NCBI GenBank assembly: GCA_965234725.1
Contig: CBDDUX010000007.1
Span: forward strand, 32,001 to 96,000
DNA length: 64,000 bases
Source: Thermoplasmatota archaeon
GTDB taxonomy: Archaea; Thermoplasmatota; Penumbrarchaeia; Penumbrarchaeales; Penumbrarchaeaceae
Direction of reading: 5' to 3'
Shown piece after piece: positions 30,001 through 40,700 of this stretch. Under the pieces are notes generated by a model. The model searched no databases and was not told the DNA's origin. It worked only from the letters and a program-made list of their open reading frames with translations. Position 1 is the first letter of the stretch. Every line of letters starts with the position of its first letter. The translations under genes and the position numbers were made by a program.

Positions 30001-31055
30001 CTGAGTTCGATTGGTTGATGATCAGAACCACAGGTGTCCAGGGCAGGGACATCTCGATGTATGTCAAAGGTATACCCAGCGGGATAAATCTGAAACTGGA
30101 TCTGATGATCTTCACCGATCTTTCGATCGGAGGAAGGATGGTCGTCAATATGGATGTCCATGTGGAGGACAGAAAAGGAAATCCTGTTGACCTTGGTACT
30201 ATGATCGCAACCCTGATTAAAGTGGAACCTATCCTTTCCATCAGACAAATGTACCTTCCCAGGGTCCCATCGGATCTGACCCTTTATGCCGATGTGGAAA
30301 GTGGAGTGGTCGCTGACTACTCCTCCTCCAGCTCCCTGGAGTATCTCTATTTCAAGATAACCAAGCGTATAGAGGATAGATGGTCTCAGGTCTATGCGAT
30401 ATTCCACGATCTACCACTGGCTTTTTACATTAACATGACCCCAAACCATGATTTCTCAATTCAGGATCCTTTCATTACACAGGGGCTTCCTACCATCGAT
30501 CTACGTGCTGAGGGTAGGGAAATGGATATCTTCATTGAATATGACGGCTCGGGTTTTGGACAGAGGGGTAAGTTCCAGATCTATATCGATGACATAGGAT
30601 CCACTTCAGCAGGCTACGAAGATGGAGACTATGTCATAGACAGTGATGGGATGGGATTCATTTCTCTTCAGGTAGATAGGCTTCCCATTATGGAACAGTT
30701 CACCCTTTCATCGCTTTCCATCCTTGGAATGGATGTTCAGCATGTAAGGATATCATCCAAAATGGTCTATGGCATCTACCCTCAGATCCTCCTCGAGGAT
30801 ACAGAGGGTGGGTCTTTCCAGATCAAGGTGAGCGGTGATCTCAAACTGGGTGAGGACTCATTCTCTCCTGATATATTCTTTATAACACTCAGGACCTCCG
30901 AATTTGCAGGTTTCAACATTCCAACAGGATTGTTCATCAACAAGGACACATCCGCTCTCAACCTGAACAGTGGTGGAGGTGCAATTGTCCTGCCTGCTCC
31001 ACTTCTGACCAGCTGGTATATGCTGGTATCACCAATATTGGGGGGCGGTGATTGA
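27057..31055 (+). CDS. Large beta-rich exported protein of unknown function
   Basis: 1332-aa ORF with an N-proximal hydrophobic segment, recurring (G/D/S)hP..h.h motifs and a hydrophobic C-terminus; start uncertain. Confidence 0.8.
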   Translation: MNDQKRITWNDGRSGPIEKCGIGSSRASSLEFRSSRHIDKDLTLPRPPSKIHGRTGPKIPSLLAVMILVLIALIRPGIGQEGVSRGSVSADYGIFSSIEELYGEQLTREDDPRVLNAARSALDSIRYEERTFEDVGTDMLTEEELEIPEPITQSPVVFDALKQNPIVNNTNILDWILPPPTSEQGALNYLLFFKNGDRTVWKLGSIVPKLGIFTDSGLDKWLYIDVDGDTATGDLQGNDIRARMTFAKELLARDWDVSLFPPSLKFNNAGIRMEIQEIDPSSSGTDQGGSLYFIKGISYSEKNYIWSVGVGLDEFKGDLSIRVSAREWRAEPNLQLIRQLLQGGILNLGDLNFLEIVGPFTLSYEFESPPQEMNIYISVMRLAQRSLQDMAYIKLDLLADDLHDTIIGSGSLVLGVNNMGSPIDSLEWKAGDEGLPSDSITMGIRYVEFSDDLVDANIRIPSMPGSLLMDLEYSTDPSGRNTTILDLSVPQGLPELEFLEVIYPSWDNVLDLEDWNATKLNLYGIPERIHLETTAAVPFDVDSTTTPSLNILDTFMSQIAGRFYRLGEILREIPRAISEMPSRKGSTLLDCKGGHITGLNYISTSGTYYNGTGDLVTFSGSEGEMPSIFASLHGVEYYKGSFFESGNDITLRLHNTPNIKIYALSGPQEALLEIRGMPEQIHLSTSQDMISYEGTSGGNPERIDSIGYRYRDGDLRFDVNVQDIPSSLSMIRSENQIEVVSGAGAIGSLELFTSNSSISGPIDIPERNFASVLVEKDGASVGLRLNRFRSFVYNNGTDGFIELGTLTEANFYGVVRDNVASLDIVAAFVPLPSFTHLDMPSIVDTPEISIPDIAGVSAITDYGGMLFSLESLGRAPITVASSISQGLIGAIGRYSTDLSLSWDLAEEGSTLDLIITLKKKGLQDVPEAKWTHGIWMEQKGEGENSSVNGKIFLKGMPTKGEIDISFSDQLIKAGIDFGNYSPEFDWLMIRTTGVQGRDISMYVKGIPSGINLKLDLMIFTDLSIGGRMVVNMDVHVEDRKGNPVDLGTMIATLIKVEPILSIRQMYLPRVPSDLTLYADVESGVVADYSSSSSLEYLYFKITKRIEDRWSQVYAIFHDLPLAFYINMTPNHDFSIQDPFITQGLPTIDLRAEGREMDIFIEYDGSGFGQRGKFQIYIDDIGSTSAGYEDGDYVIDSDGMGFISLQVDRLPIMEQFTLSSLSILGMDVQHVRISSKMVYGIYPQILLEDTEGGSFQIKVSGDLKLGEDSFSPDIFFITLRTSEFAGFNIPTGLFINKDTSALNLNSGGGAIVLPAPLLTSWYMLVSPILGGGD

Positions 31056-31521
31056 GATGGCAATAGTAAAAAGAGAGGGAAGAAGATGGTTCATCCCTCT
31101 GATAGCCATCTCCCTGGTCCTGATAATCTTCGCATCCTACCAGTGGATCATTCCAAGGACCGACCTGGAGGTCAGGACAGTGTATCATGAGAGTCCGAGT
31201 GGAGGAGGAACCGGTGGTGTGATCAATATCAATGTTCTGATGATCAACAAAGGAAACAGGAGGATAACGGGTCTTGATTGCATGGTCATTGTAAGGGACA
31301 TGAACGGAAAGGAGGTGGGCAGGAACATGGTCGAGGAAATGGACATAGGCACCGGAGCAAATACCGAGATCTCCATAACCGTCATTGGCAGTCAATACAA
31401 CAGTTACAGTATCAACATTGATCTGGACTTTGAAACCACAGGGGGATCAAGGGAAAGGTCTATCCAGCATATCACTACAGAGGATGTAATGAACCTGGTG
31501 TTCGTCAATAATATCAGATAG
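31048..31521 (+). CDS. Small membrane-anchored Ig/CARDB-like protein
   Basis: N-terminal TM followed by beta-rich domain (INVLMINKGNR); overlaps the upstream gene. Confidence 0.7.
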   Translation: MIEMAIVKREGRRWFIPLIAISLVLIIFASYQWIIPRTDLEVRTVYHESPSGGGTGGVININVLMINKGNRRITGLDCMVIVRDMNGKEVGRNMVEEMDIGTGANTEISITVIGSQYNSYSINIDLDFETTGGSRERSIQHITTEDVMNLVFVNNIR

Positions 31522-31524
31522 GTA

Positions 31525-32289
31525 TCAACCAAAATACCTGAGTTCATCCTTTCTTTCCTGTTCCTCTGACTCTTCTATATTCTCCTTGATCTTGGATGTT
31601 ATCTCATCTATCTGTTTTGCCTTCTCCTCAAGGGAGGAGAAATCCAATTTGAAATCCAGATACTTACCCAGAACTGTCAGGACCGATCTAGCAGACCTGG
31701 GATCAACGAAATATCCAGATGTCTCACCCATTAAACAGACACCATCCATTTTCTCCAGTTGGCCCAATCCGAGAAGTAGGCCTGAAGCGCCGATGATACC
31801 AGATGAGGGCTCCCCTTTCTTGAATAATACTCCTACTTCCTCAAGGGGGGCTTTTAATGATATATCCGTCACCGCTCCCAGAACCCCTGGTTCTTCTATT
31901 AACTTGATAACACCATATCCACCAAGAGTGAATATCAATGAGACAGATAACTCCTTTGCTAGCTCTATGGATGCCATTGAAAGTTCGTATTGGCCTTCTG
32001 GTGTCAGACCCTGGAAATCACCTGTAAGAACAACAAGGTCCCTCCTTCCACCTTCACCTTTCTTATAATGAAGATCATGTTTAACCAGTGAAACTACCCC
32101 ATCCTCTCCAACGGTTACCTGGGGTGGAAGATATTTAGAATATATCTCTGCGAACTTGGTCATTTTGAGCTCTTCCACAAGGTGCTCCGCCGCGAGTTTG
32201 CCAACGTTGCCCACACCAGGAAGACCCTCGATAAGGATCGCATTCTTCAATTGTGGTCTTTCCATGAACCTGATGATCACATCTTTCAT
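31525..32289 (-). CDS. Proteasome assembly chaperone PAC2 family protein
   Basis: IEGLPGVGNVGKLAAEHL, FTLGGY, GIIGASGLL, CLMGETSGYFVDP; conserved position after nop10. Confidence 0.93.
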   Translation of the reverse strand: MKDVIIRFMERPQLKNAILIEGLPGVGNVGKLAAEHLVEELKMTKFAEIYSKYLPPQVTVGEDGVVSLVKHDLHYKKGEGGRRDLVVLTGDFQGLTPEGQYELSMASIELAKELSVSLIFTLGGYGVIKLIEEPGVLGAVTDISLKAPLEEVGVLFKKGEPSSGIIGASGLLLGLGQLEKMDGVCLMGETSGYFVDPRSARSVLTVLGKYLDFKLDFSSLEEKAKQIDEITSKIKENIEESEEQERKDELRYFG

Positions 32290-32465
32290 TCACTTCCCTC
32301 CTTTTCCTTATCGCCGTACAATGTCATTCTCCTGTACTTTCCGAACCTATCCTGTGGTGAATACCTCGGTGGAAAAGTATTCTCAGAGGTTACATTGCAT
32401 TTCTTGCAGTCCTGTGAAAGTGTGTAATTCCCACAAGCAGGACACTTCTTTATACGGCTGATCAA
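32286..32465 (-). CDS. nop10: H/ACA RNP protein Nop10
   Basis: Below the ORF-track cutoff; manual translation from TTG: ISRIKKCPACGNYTLSQDCKKC...PPRYSPQDRFGKYRR; ATGA overlap with the PAC2 gene. Confidence 0.92.
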   Translation of the reverse strand: MISRIKKCPACGNYTLSQDCKKCNVTSENTFPPRYSPQDRFGKYRRMTLYGDKEKEGSE

Positions 32466-32486
32466 GTGTTCACCGACCGTTCCAAT

Positions 32487-33284
32487 TCATCCCTTCCGAA
32501 TGAACTTTCCGGTTCCGTTCTTCGATTCGAGGAAATTGAGGGCTGCTTCAGCAGAACCCTTCAGGATCTCTTCCGCCGTCTTGTAATCAGGGGCAGAAAG
32601 GATCAGGCGGTACCTTGGAGCTCCAACGTAAAGTATTGTCAGTTTCACATCTTCGATATCCCCGACAGAAATTTCAGCCCTATTAAGGGATTCCTTGATA
32701 TCGTTCATACCATCGGAAGAAGTTGTTGTCATCTCCAGGATCCCGCTTATCTCTACGAAAGGTGGAGTGATATTCTCTCTTGCCACGGCGAGGAAGGGTT
32801 CCACCCATTCACCCTCGAAACCAGAATCACTCAGAGCTGATTCCCTCATGGCAGATATCTCAAATGCGGCAAAAAGCGAACCATACTCGGCTATGAGATC
32901 GAAACCGAACTCTTCCATTCCCCATGGAAGGTCATGTCCGAGGTTCTGACAGAGGAGCTCCACAAGTTTTTGGGCCTTTTGTTCGCTTTTCCACTGCTGT
33001 ATCTTCTCCCTCTTCTGATGCTCATTAACGGCTTTAAGAGAGAGATCAACGAACTTGTTCTTCCTTTTGGTATCTATTCCAAGAACCTTACAGACGACCT
33101 TCTGGCCTTCACGAACATGATCACGGATATATTTGACCCATCCTGAAGCCACCTCGGCTATGTGGATGAAACCTTCCTTTCCCGGATATTCATCAAGGTC
33201 GACCACGACCCCGAAGTTCTTGACCTGCCTCACAGTGGCGACCACTAGTTCGCCGTCTTCCGGCAGATCCGTTCCTGGGGTCAT
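32487..33284 (-). CDS. eif2a: Translation initiation factor 2 subunit alpha
   Basis: PEDGELVVATV S1 domain, EGFIHIAEVASGWVKYIRD, YVGAPRYR. Confidence 0.96.
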   Translation of the reverse strand: MTPGTDLPEDGELVVATVRQVKNFGVVVDLDEYPGKEGFIHIAEVASGWVKYIRDHVREGQKVVCKVLGIDTKRKNKFVDLSLKAVNEHQKREKIQQWKSEQKAQKLVELLCQNLGHDLPWGMEEFGFDLIAEYGSLFAAFEISAMRESALSDSGFEGEWVEPFLAVARENITPPFVEISGILEMTTTSSDGMNDIKESLNRAEISVGDIEDVKLTILYVGAPRYRLILSAPDYKTAEEILKGSAEAALNFLESKNGTGKFIRKG

Positions 33285-33301
33285 TTATTTCACACTCCTG
33301 A

Positions 33302-33496
33302 TCAAACTTCAGGGAGGTTGTCAACCCTCTCGACAACTTCACCCTTTATCTCGGCTTTACCACCACGGGGGATAGCAAGGGTGGATCCGCACACTGTGCA
33401 GCTTACTTTTGTGTTGGACCTGTCGAATATTGTCTGAGCATTACCGCAGTCCGGACACTTGACCTTAATGAACTTTGACCTTGTCTCCATCATCAT
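33302..33496 (-). CDS. rps27e: 30S ribosomal protein S27e
   Basis: SKFIKVKCPDCGNAQTIF...CTVCGSTLAIPRGGKA; GGAGG RBS before ATG run. Confidence 0.95.
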   Translation of the reverse strand: MMMETRSKFIKVKCPDCGNAQTIFDRSNTKVSCTVCGSTLAIPRGGKAEIKGEVVERVDNLPEV

Positions 33497-33503
33497 ACCT
33501 CCC

Positions 33504-33785
33504 CTAAACCTCCACCAGCTCGAACTTCTTCGCCCGCAATGAAGGGCTCTGGTGGGCCTTACCACATGTTTTACACTTATACTTGAGGTTGACCCTCTTT
33601 GTGGGTTTCTCCCTTCCTTCCGGCTTAGGCCTGGGGAAACCTCCGTAACCGGCAGTGACCTTCCTGAAACGTCTCTGCCCCCACTTGAGCTCACTGGCCC
33701 TCTTCTTCTTCACCTTGTCGACCTCGTGGTCTGTGTGCTTCTTGCATGAGGGGCAGTACCTCTTGATACTCCTTGGTCTTTTCAT
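33504..33785 (-). CDS. rpl44e: 50S ribosomal protein L44e
   Basis: YCPSCKKHTDH, GYGGFPRP, KPTKRVNLKYKCKTCGK. Confidence 0.96.
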   Translation of the reverse strand: MKRPRSIKRYCPSCKKHTDHEVDKVKKKRASELKWGQRRFRKVTAGYGGFPRPKPEGREKPTKRVNLKYKCKTCGKAHQSPSLRAKKFELVEV

Positions 33786-33926
33786 TTAAACTCACCCGTG
33801 TCACTGAACCGGCGATACAGGAGGCCGGTATTTTAGAACCACTATTAATAATTAATTGGTACCAACGAAAGGATCAGTGTTTTTATAGATCCGAGCCAGT
33901 TTTCCCTTTAGGAAGATAAGGGCTGC

Positions 33927-34226
33927 TTATTGGGTTTCCTTTTCCTGCTTGGGCCCTCTCCGGAGGACTATCTCGATCCAGGATACGTTCACTCCGCCTT
34001 CTCTATCCTCGTCCTCTACATTTTCGGTCCCTATCCTTATATCGCCCAACAATGTATCCGAAAGGAACCTGTTCCTGACTATCTCTGTAACATCTACCGC
34101 TTTACTTATCGCCCTGCCCCTGGCCTTAATGGTAACGATCCCGGTACCGGTGTTGAATTGAGTAACCACAGCCAGTACGTAGTTCATAGATGGCTTTCTT
34201 CCAATGAAAACTGTGTTGTCTTCCAC
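33927..34226 (-). CDS. albA: DNA/RNA-binding protein Alba
   Basis: [36 protein letters not shown]. Confidence 0.96.
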   Translation of the reverse strand: MEDNTVFIGRKPSMNYVLAVVTQFNTGTGIVTIKARGRAISKAVDVTEIVRNRFLSDTLLGDIRIGTENVEDEDREGGVNVSWIEIVLRRGPKQEKETQ

Positions 34227-34498
34227 ACTGTGGCCCCCCTTTTTTTAGGGTCTGTCATTATTGAAAGGGCCTCTATTAAAGGTTTTCCGGTGAAAGAAAA
34301 TGACAATTTGGAAGGGGTCCGTCAGCCATACACCGATGAAAGATCATTATGATCCCATTCGTTGATCCCAGTTCGAAACCAAGCAACAAAAGATCGTCGC
34401 CAACATATTACCGTTGTGCGGGTCTGGAAATTCTAAAATGATTAATGGTGATCAAGAATTTCCAGATAAAAAAGAAATAGCCGCTGGCCATTGAACCG

Positions 34499-35848
34499 AT
34501 GTTCCGATATGATCGAACAATGGAAGCGGTTACAATGCTGGACCCATGGGAGACCCGTCAGATAAAGGACTATGACAGGATCATGGATGAGTTTGGCATA
34601 GATCGATTCTCACTAAACTTACTACCAGAAGATCCAGCACCTCCAAGACTTTTCAGCCAAGGAGTTGTTTTCGGGCAGAGGGGATTTCAGACGATATCCA
34701 GGAAGATCAAGAGAGGAGAACCATTCGCGATCATGTCCGGCCTGATGCCCTCTGGTAGGATGCATCTTGGCCACAAGATGGTGATCGATCAGATGACCTA
34801 CTTACAGGAGTTTGGTGCCAGAGTCTTTGTGGGAATTGCAGATTTGGAATCATATTCCACCAGGAACATGCCTCTGGAGAAAGCAAGAGAACTTGCAATA
34901 GAATCCTATGTCAAGAACTACCTGGCCCTTGGATTGGGACGGGAAGGGCTTGAGATCTACTTCCAATCCAGAAGGAGAGAGGTGAAGGACCTTGCCCTTC
35001 TTCTTGGTAAGAAGGTGAATCTATCCACCATGAGGGCTATTTACGGTTTCAACGACCAGACGAACGTGGGCCATCTTATGTCACCGCTAATTCAAGCAGG
35101 TGACATACTTCATCCCCAGATCAAACTTGGACCGATCCCTGTCGTTGTTCCTGTCGGCATCGACCAGGACCCCCATATGAGACTTTGCAGGGACCTTGCT
35201 TCTTCTTTCAGATTACTCAATACGACAGAGACTGCCGATGGCAAGATAGGGGCGTTTGTAAAGGTCGACAATGATGTGGAAAGACTCCTTGGAAAGTCCA
35301 GAGCAGCCCTTGAGAGGGAAGGATACCTTGAGTTTAAAATGATACCCAGCTACAAGGCCCTTTACATCAACGGGGCCTCGAGATCGGACCTGATATCCAT
35401 TGATGAGACCCTTTCCATGGTCGAGAAGGATGAGGGAGAATACGGCTTCATTCCCCCTGCATCTACCTATCATAAGTTCATAAGGGGTTTAACAGGAGAG
35501 AAGATGTCCTCGTCAAAGCCAGAGACTGCGATCTTCCTTGATGATGATCCTGCTGACGCAAGGAAGAAGATCATGCGGGCAATAACCGGGGGAAGGGAGA
35601 CTGCCGAGGAACAGAGGGAAAAAGGAGGAGACCCCGATAACTGCGCTGTGTTCGAGACCATGCTTTTCCACACGGTAGGGGATGAGAACGAGGTGGAAAG
35701 GATAAGGTCTGAATGCAGGAGGGGGGAGCGTCTTTGTGGCCAGTGCAAGAAAGAGGCTGCAGAGCATCTGGTAGGATTCCTGAAGGATCTGGAAGAGAGA
35801 AGGGAAGCCACCGAACATTTGATTGGTACATACGTAATGGATGATTAG
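34499..35848 (+). CDS. trpS: Tryptophan--tRNA ligase
   Basis: GLMPSGRMHLGH (HIGH), PVGIDQDPH, KMSSS; true start may be 34520 or 34535. Confidence 0.95.
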   Translation: MFRYDRTMEAVTMLDPWETRQIKDYDRIMDEFGIDRFSLNLLPEDPAPPRLFSQGVVFGQRGFQTISRKIKRGEPFAIMSGLMPSGRMHLGHKMVIDQMTYLQEFGARVFVGIADLESYSTRNMPLEKARELAIESYVKNYLALGLGREGLEIYFQSRRREVKDLALLLGKKVNLSTMRAIYGFNDQTNVGHLMSPLIQAGDILHPQIKLGPIPVVVPVGIDQDPHMRLCRDLASSFRLLNTTETADGKIGAFVKVDNDVERLLGKSRAALEREGYLEFKMIPSYKALYINGASRSDLISIDETLSMVEKDEGEYGFIPPASTYHKFIRGLTGEKMSSSKPETAIFLDDDPADARKKIMRAITGGRETAEEQREKGGDPDNCAVFETMLFHTVGDENEVERIRSECRRGERLCGQCKKEAAEHLVGFLKDLEERREATEHLIGTYVMDD

Positions 35849-35919
35849 TCCCTTATAGGAATTTTGACCAAATCTAAAAATATCAGGTCCTTGAATTTTA
35901 ATTTTAGGTAGTTGGTTAA

Positions 35920-36261
35920 ATGGCGCGACGCAGGGACGGAAACAAAACCTACAAATCGGGTGACCCGATCCATATAGTGGTAACCCAGGATTTTGTGACC
36001 GATGCCAATAAATTCTTCAACTACTGCAGGGAAAAGGGTTACAATCCGTCCCAGGTCATCAGACAGGCCATGGTTGATTGGCTGAATAGGGAAGAGAACG
36101 ACATGGAATCTTTCCAGGCCAGGGCAAATAGCAATGGAAACGGTAATTCATCGTTGGACCTTGACGAGAAGCTCATGAGCCTCCTCCAGGATCGTCCTGG
36201 GAGACAGCCAAAAAGAGGGATGAGCCTCAAGACCGTCAAGGAGATTCTTGAAGGTGTTTGA
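35920..36261 (+). CDS. Small RHH-like DNA-binding protein (paralog of 22868-23146)
   Basis: YKSGDPIHIVVTQDF...FFNYCREKGYNPSQVIRQAMVDWL. Confidence 0.65.
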   Translation: MARRRDGNKTYKSGDPIHIVVTQDFVTDANKFFNYCREKGYNPSQVIRQAMVDWLNREENDMESFQARANSNGNGNSSLDLDEKLMSLLQDRPGRQPKRGMSLKTVKEILEGV

Positions 36262-36292
36262 TCCGATTACCTATTTTCAGTTCTTCCTTTGA

Positions 36293-37525
36293 TCAGAAAT
36301 TCAATCTATATCGGAGCAATGCCGCTATTCCTCCAAATGCCCTTAGGAGCATCTGGCCCTCCGATGAATCCGTGGAAATTATCTCCATCTGGGTAGAGAA
36401 AGAATCGCATACTTCTGCTATCTCCTCGACAATATCGGTCTCATTGATCATCTGACATGGCGACTGGTCATCAGGGCAGAGGAGTTCGGGCTGATCGGCC
36501 TTCTTCTGATCCACCTCGAATTCCTTATCACAGGTTGGACATTTGAAGACACGATGGGTCGTCTTCATATCCTCAGAAATGAGCAGAATATCAACCGCTC
36601 CAAGCTCGAGAGCCGTTCTAACCTGCTTCATACCATATGAAGCAAGACCTCCATCCTCCTTCCTTATCTCCATGAACAATCTGTCCATGAGGTCCTTCTC
36701 ATGGGATACCTCCAGATGCTGGAGGGATGGACGTGCCTTTTCAATGAGCTCATCGAGACCGGATTCGTCCGTGTAACCGGTATCGAATGATTCCACAACC
36801 TTCTTCTGGAGTTCGTGATGAAGGTAGTTATTGTTCATGAAAAAGTCCTTAGTGGCACCAGGGCCTCCGATCAGGATCCCCTTCAATCCTTCCACATCCA
36901 GGAATGCCTCGGTGCAGAGGTCCCCTATTTTCTTGAAATATTCATGGGCGGCCAATTCGATCAGCCTCTCGAACCTCTGCTTGGACTGACCACCCTTTCC
37001 ATGCTTCGATGGGACCAGGGATTGGATGTTCTTTATGACATCCACTCTCTTTCCCTTGAGAAAACCAAGGGTTGCCTCCTTCCTGTCAAGTACTATCAGT
37101 CCGAACACATCTTCATCTGTAAGCATCTCCCTCAGATGGTCCAGATAGAAATAGCTGTCACAACGATAGAGGAAAGTGGTGAGTTGACTTGGTGGTTCGA
37201 CCACATGAGCGACCATCTTTGTCTGGTCGGCACCTGTAGGGACATGACCTACGAAGAATGCAAGTCCGTTCTCAGGAGCCTCTCTGAGGTTCTTCAACCT
37301 TGATAGTATGGATTCGATTGCTGAACTGACATTCTTTCGGGTGGTCTTTGATTTGATGTTCGACGATTGACCCAGTTCATTTCGAAGGTAATTGGATACA
37401 TCCGAGATCTGCTTGGAGTTGGGGACCAGGAGCGTTATTAACTCCGTGTTCCGTCCTTTGTAAGAGCCCAGCTCTTCCAGGACCCTTTTGAATGCATACC
37501 TCTGCCTGGGATCCATCTTTGCCAT
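36293..37525 (-). CDS. prf1: Peptide chain release factor aRF1
   Basis: NIKS, YRCD, GGQS motifs; FGGIAALLRY. Confidence 0.97.
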   Translation of the reverse strand: MAKMDPRQRYAFKRVLEELGSYKGRNTELITLLVPNSKQISDVSNYLRNELGQSSNIKSKTTRKNVSSAIESILSRLKNLREAPENGLAFFVGHVPTGADQTKMVAHVVEPPSQLTTFLYRCDSYFYLDHLREMLTDEDVFGLIVLDRKEATLGFLKGKRVDVIKNIQSLVPSKHGKGGQSKQRFERLIELAAHEYFKKIGDLCTEAFLDVEGLKGILIGGPGATKDFFMNNNYLHHELQKKVVESFDTGYTDESGLDELIEKARPSLQHLEVSHEKDLMDRLFMEIRKEDGGLASYGMKQVRTALELGAVDILLISEDMKTTHRVFKCPTCDKEFEVDQKKADQPELLCPDDQSPCQMINETDIVEEIAEVCDSFSTQMEIISTDSSEGQMLLRAFGGIAALLRYRLNF

Positions 37526-37740
37526 TGTTCTCCACCATGTCTGCTGGGTTGAATAACCCCCTCACTATCAGCCCTGTTTAAAAATCTTTCCGATACCTCT
37601 TTTCTTGTACCGTTATCCAGATGCACCCTGGATATAAGCATGACCACGAAATTCTATTATATCAAGAGGCTATATGAAGGGGCGGCATCTCATGCACAGC
37701 ATATATGCTGTGTTGGAGTGATCCTTTACCGGGTGATCAT

Positions 37741-40700
37741 ATGAAGCAAAGGTTTCCCATTGTAATGAGCCTTCTATTGGTAATATTGATGGCATTTCCG
37801 ATCCTTCCGTTCTCGGGAGGAGAGGAGGTCAGATCAACGGATGGAACACCCTCGAGATACGGATTCACACCCGTCCTCTATGCGGTAGAGGATCCTGATT
37901 CCGAGGTGATCTGCGTTGATAGCGGTGATTTCGACAAGGTTAACAACGATGATGTTGTCATCGGATTGAAGGATTCCATTCAGGTCCTGAAAAACAACGG
38001 AGCATCCGGATCTTCCTTCGATTTCGATCTTCACCAGACCATTTCAACAACCGGGTTCTATATAACCCGGATCAAATGGGTGGATTACGATAACGATAAT
38101 GATCTTGATATAGTAGCTCTGGGACAGGGGGAGTATTTCATGTATGGTGATCCCACATCCGTTACTACTCCTCTTGGTCCATCTATTTTCGATATGAAGA
38201 TCTTCTACATTGAAAACCAGTTGGGCACATTCACGGAGGAGGATTCGGAACTTTTTGAAGATGCTTATTCCTACCTCAATCTCTGGTATTATTCCGACTG
38301 CAAGTTCGATATGGACTGCGGTGATGTGGACGGCGACGGCGACCTCGATACAATGATAGCCTACGTTGCAGATACTAATACCGGCACCATAGGAGGGGAG
38401 CGGATCTACTTCAAGCTGATCGATTACAAACCAGGGAACCTCACCAACTCAACCATCCAGCAGGTGACCTTGACCGCTATTGCGGATATGAACCCCCTTG
38501 TGAGGCTTGCCGATTTCGATGCCGACGGCAATCTTGACATGGTCTATTCCTACGGAGGCGTGGCAGGAGGCAATATACTTGAGGCCAGGCTCTTCATCAA
38601 ATGGCATACCGGTGTGGGAGCTGCCTGGGGGAGCCCAGACGACCTGGACCCTAACCAGAACCTTCTTCAGGGAGGGATCATGGGATCCATACCTTATGCA
38701 ATAGCCGTAGGGGAATTCGCTGGCAACGACCTTCCTGATATCGCATTGACGAACAACAGGAACGGGGGAACCAACCCACCCTTCGGCGATGCAGGTGTAT
38801 ACCTCATCAGGTCAAAGGACAATAGGGTCTTCGAGGATCCCTATTCTGCATATTCCCAGCAGGGAGATTTCATGATAAGGGGAATGGCCGTTGGTGAGAT
38901 GAGAAAACTGGGCAGGGATGACATCATCTGCTTCCAGAAGATAGATACCACATCGGATCCCGACCCCCATGATGGTATCGACCATTACGGATTGACCCTG
39001 ATCGAAGCCAGACAGGCATTCCCATACAGTTTCGATAAAATCAAGACCTTCCAGACATCAGGTTCTCTCCCCTATCAGATGATCAAGGATGTTTCAGTGG
39101 GGAATTTCGATAACGATCCTGACGGATATGATGATATTGTGTTCGTCGGGGACAAGGTTACAGTGGGTTTCACAACCTATCCTCCAAACATTCCCCCGAG
39201 CAAGGTGAGGGTAACGGTCTCTCCCACTCCTATCATCAACGATGATAAGATCGCAACGATCAACCTAACTATCGAGGACCTTGACGGATGGGACGATCTG
39301 ACCAAGATCGAGGTGGATTTCACCCCGGCAGGCCTTCCTTTTAGGGCGGTGACCAAACCCGAGAAAGATCCTAATAACACGACAATAGGGTGGTATGAGT
39401 TCACGATCCAGGTACCCCCTACCGTGAAGGAGGGGGACTATGATATCAAGTTCTACATGTACGATAAATCATCTGACCCACCTGGCAAGAACTCCCCCAA
39501 GGCAAACGATACCTTCCTGTTCAGAGTAAAACAATACAACAGAAGACCTGAGATCGCTCTCTCCCCTGAGAACAGAACTCTTTATGTGAAGGAGGATGTA
39601 CCAACATATTTTGAAAACGTCTACGACTGGTTCGTTGACTATGACATCCAGGAGGGATACTCCTCAACTCCCCTTGAGATCAAACTAAGGTCCTATCAGT
39701 CCAATTCATTCGTTGAATCGGTCACACTGAGGAATATGGATGGAGGAACGATATTCAATGTGGAAATGGTCAATGGTTCAATGGGAGATCCATGGAACTG
39801 GTCGCTGTTGGTATCTCCCGGAAGTGATTTCCACCACTCTGCAGGTCTAAGTGATCAGCTCACAATGAGAGCATATGACGGAGCTCTCAAAACCGATCCT
39901 CTCCTTCGTCTGAACATAGTTGTCCTCCCTGTAAACGACGATCCCTCGATCCCTGTGCAAAAAAGGTTCCCATCTGACGGACCCTTTGAGTTCTCATTGG
40001 AACAGGATGAGATAAGCGGATCCTATCCATTGAAGGCCACTGACGAAGCGGACGGGCAGACACCTTACCTCGAATATTTCTTCGAGTATGATGATCCTGC
40101 AGACGAGGAATGGATCTACATAAGCAGAGATGGAACTGTCTCATGGTTCCCTGAAAATGATAATGTTGGACCTCACAAGATCACACTCTGGGTAACGGAC
40201 GGGACCGCAAACATTTCGCAGGTGCTTTGGTTCAACGTCTCCAATGTTCTGGACAGCCCATACTTCGTCTTCGTTTCCAATGGCACGAAGACATTCACGA
40301 ACATTCCACAACACATCCCCGCAAGGTACGAGTTCATAGTGAATGAACATGAGGAATTCAATCTCACCATAAAGGTCGAGGACCCGGACAGGATCATCGG
40401 CCTTCAGGATGATGTCTCATTCAAGTGCAACCTGACGCTCCTCAACAACACATACCTGGATGTTGATCCGATCGATCCATTCAAAGCATACTTCCATTTC
40501 GTTGCAGAGAAGAAGTTCGGATACTATGCAACATACGAACCCTCATCCCCACCGATAGAAACTGAGATAATCGTGACCGATGGAATTGACCAGGACATTC
40601 TGATAGTGTTCCCAATAAGGATCATCATAAAGAACATCAATGATCCGCCCATACTGGTCCAGATAGAAAAACCTGAGGAAGGATACTCACATCCAATTCT

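Noticed and set aside
33786-34498. Possible tRNA or ncRNA in the spacers around alba (gttcgaaacc near 34371)
   Set aside because: No acceptor, D or anticodon stems can be built around the T-loop-like word.
35200-35450. ~80-aa insertion in TrpRS as an intein or novel domain
   Set aside because: No intein Cys/His-Asn termini; similar insertions occur in other euryarchaeal TrpRS.
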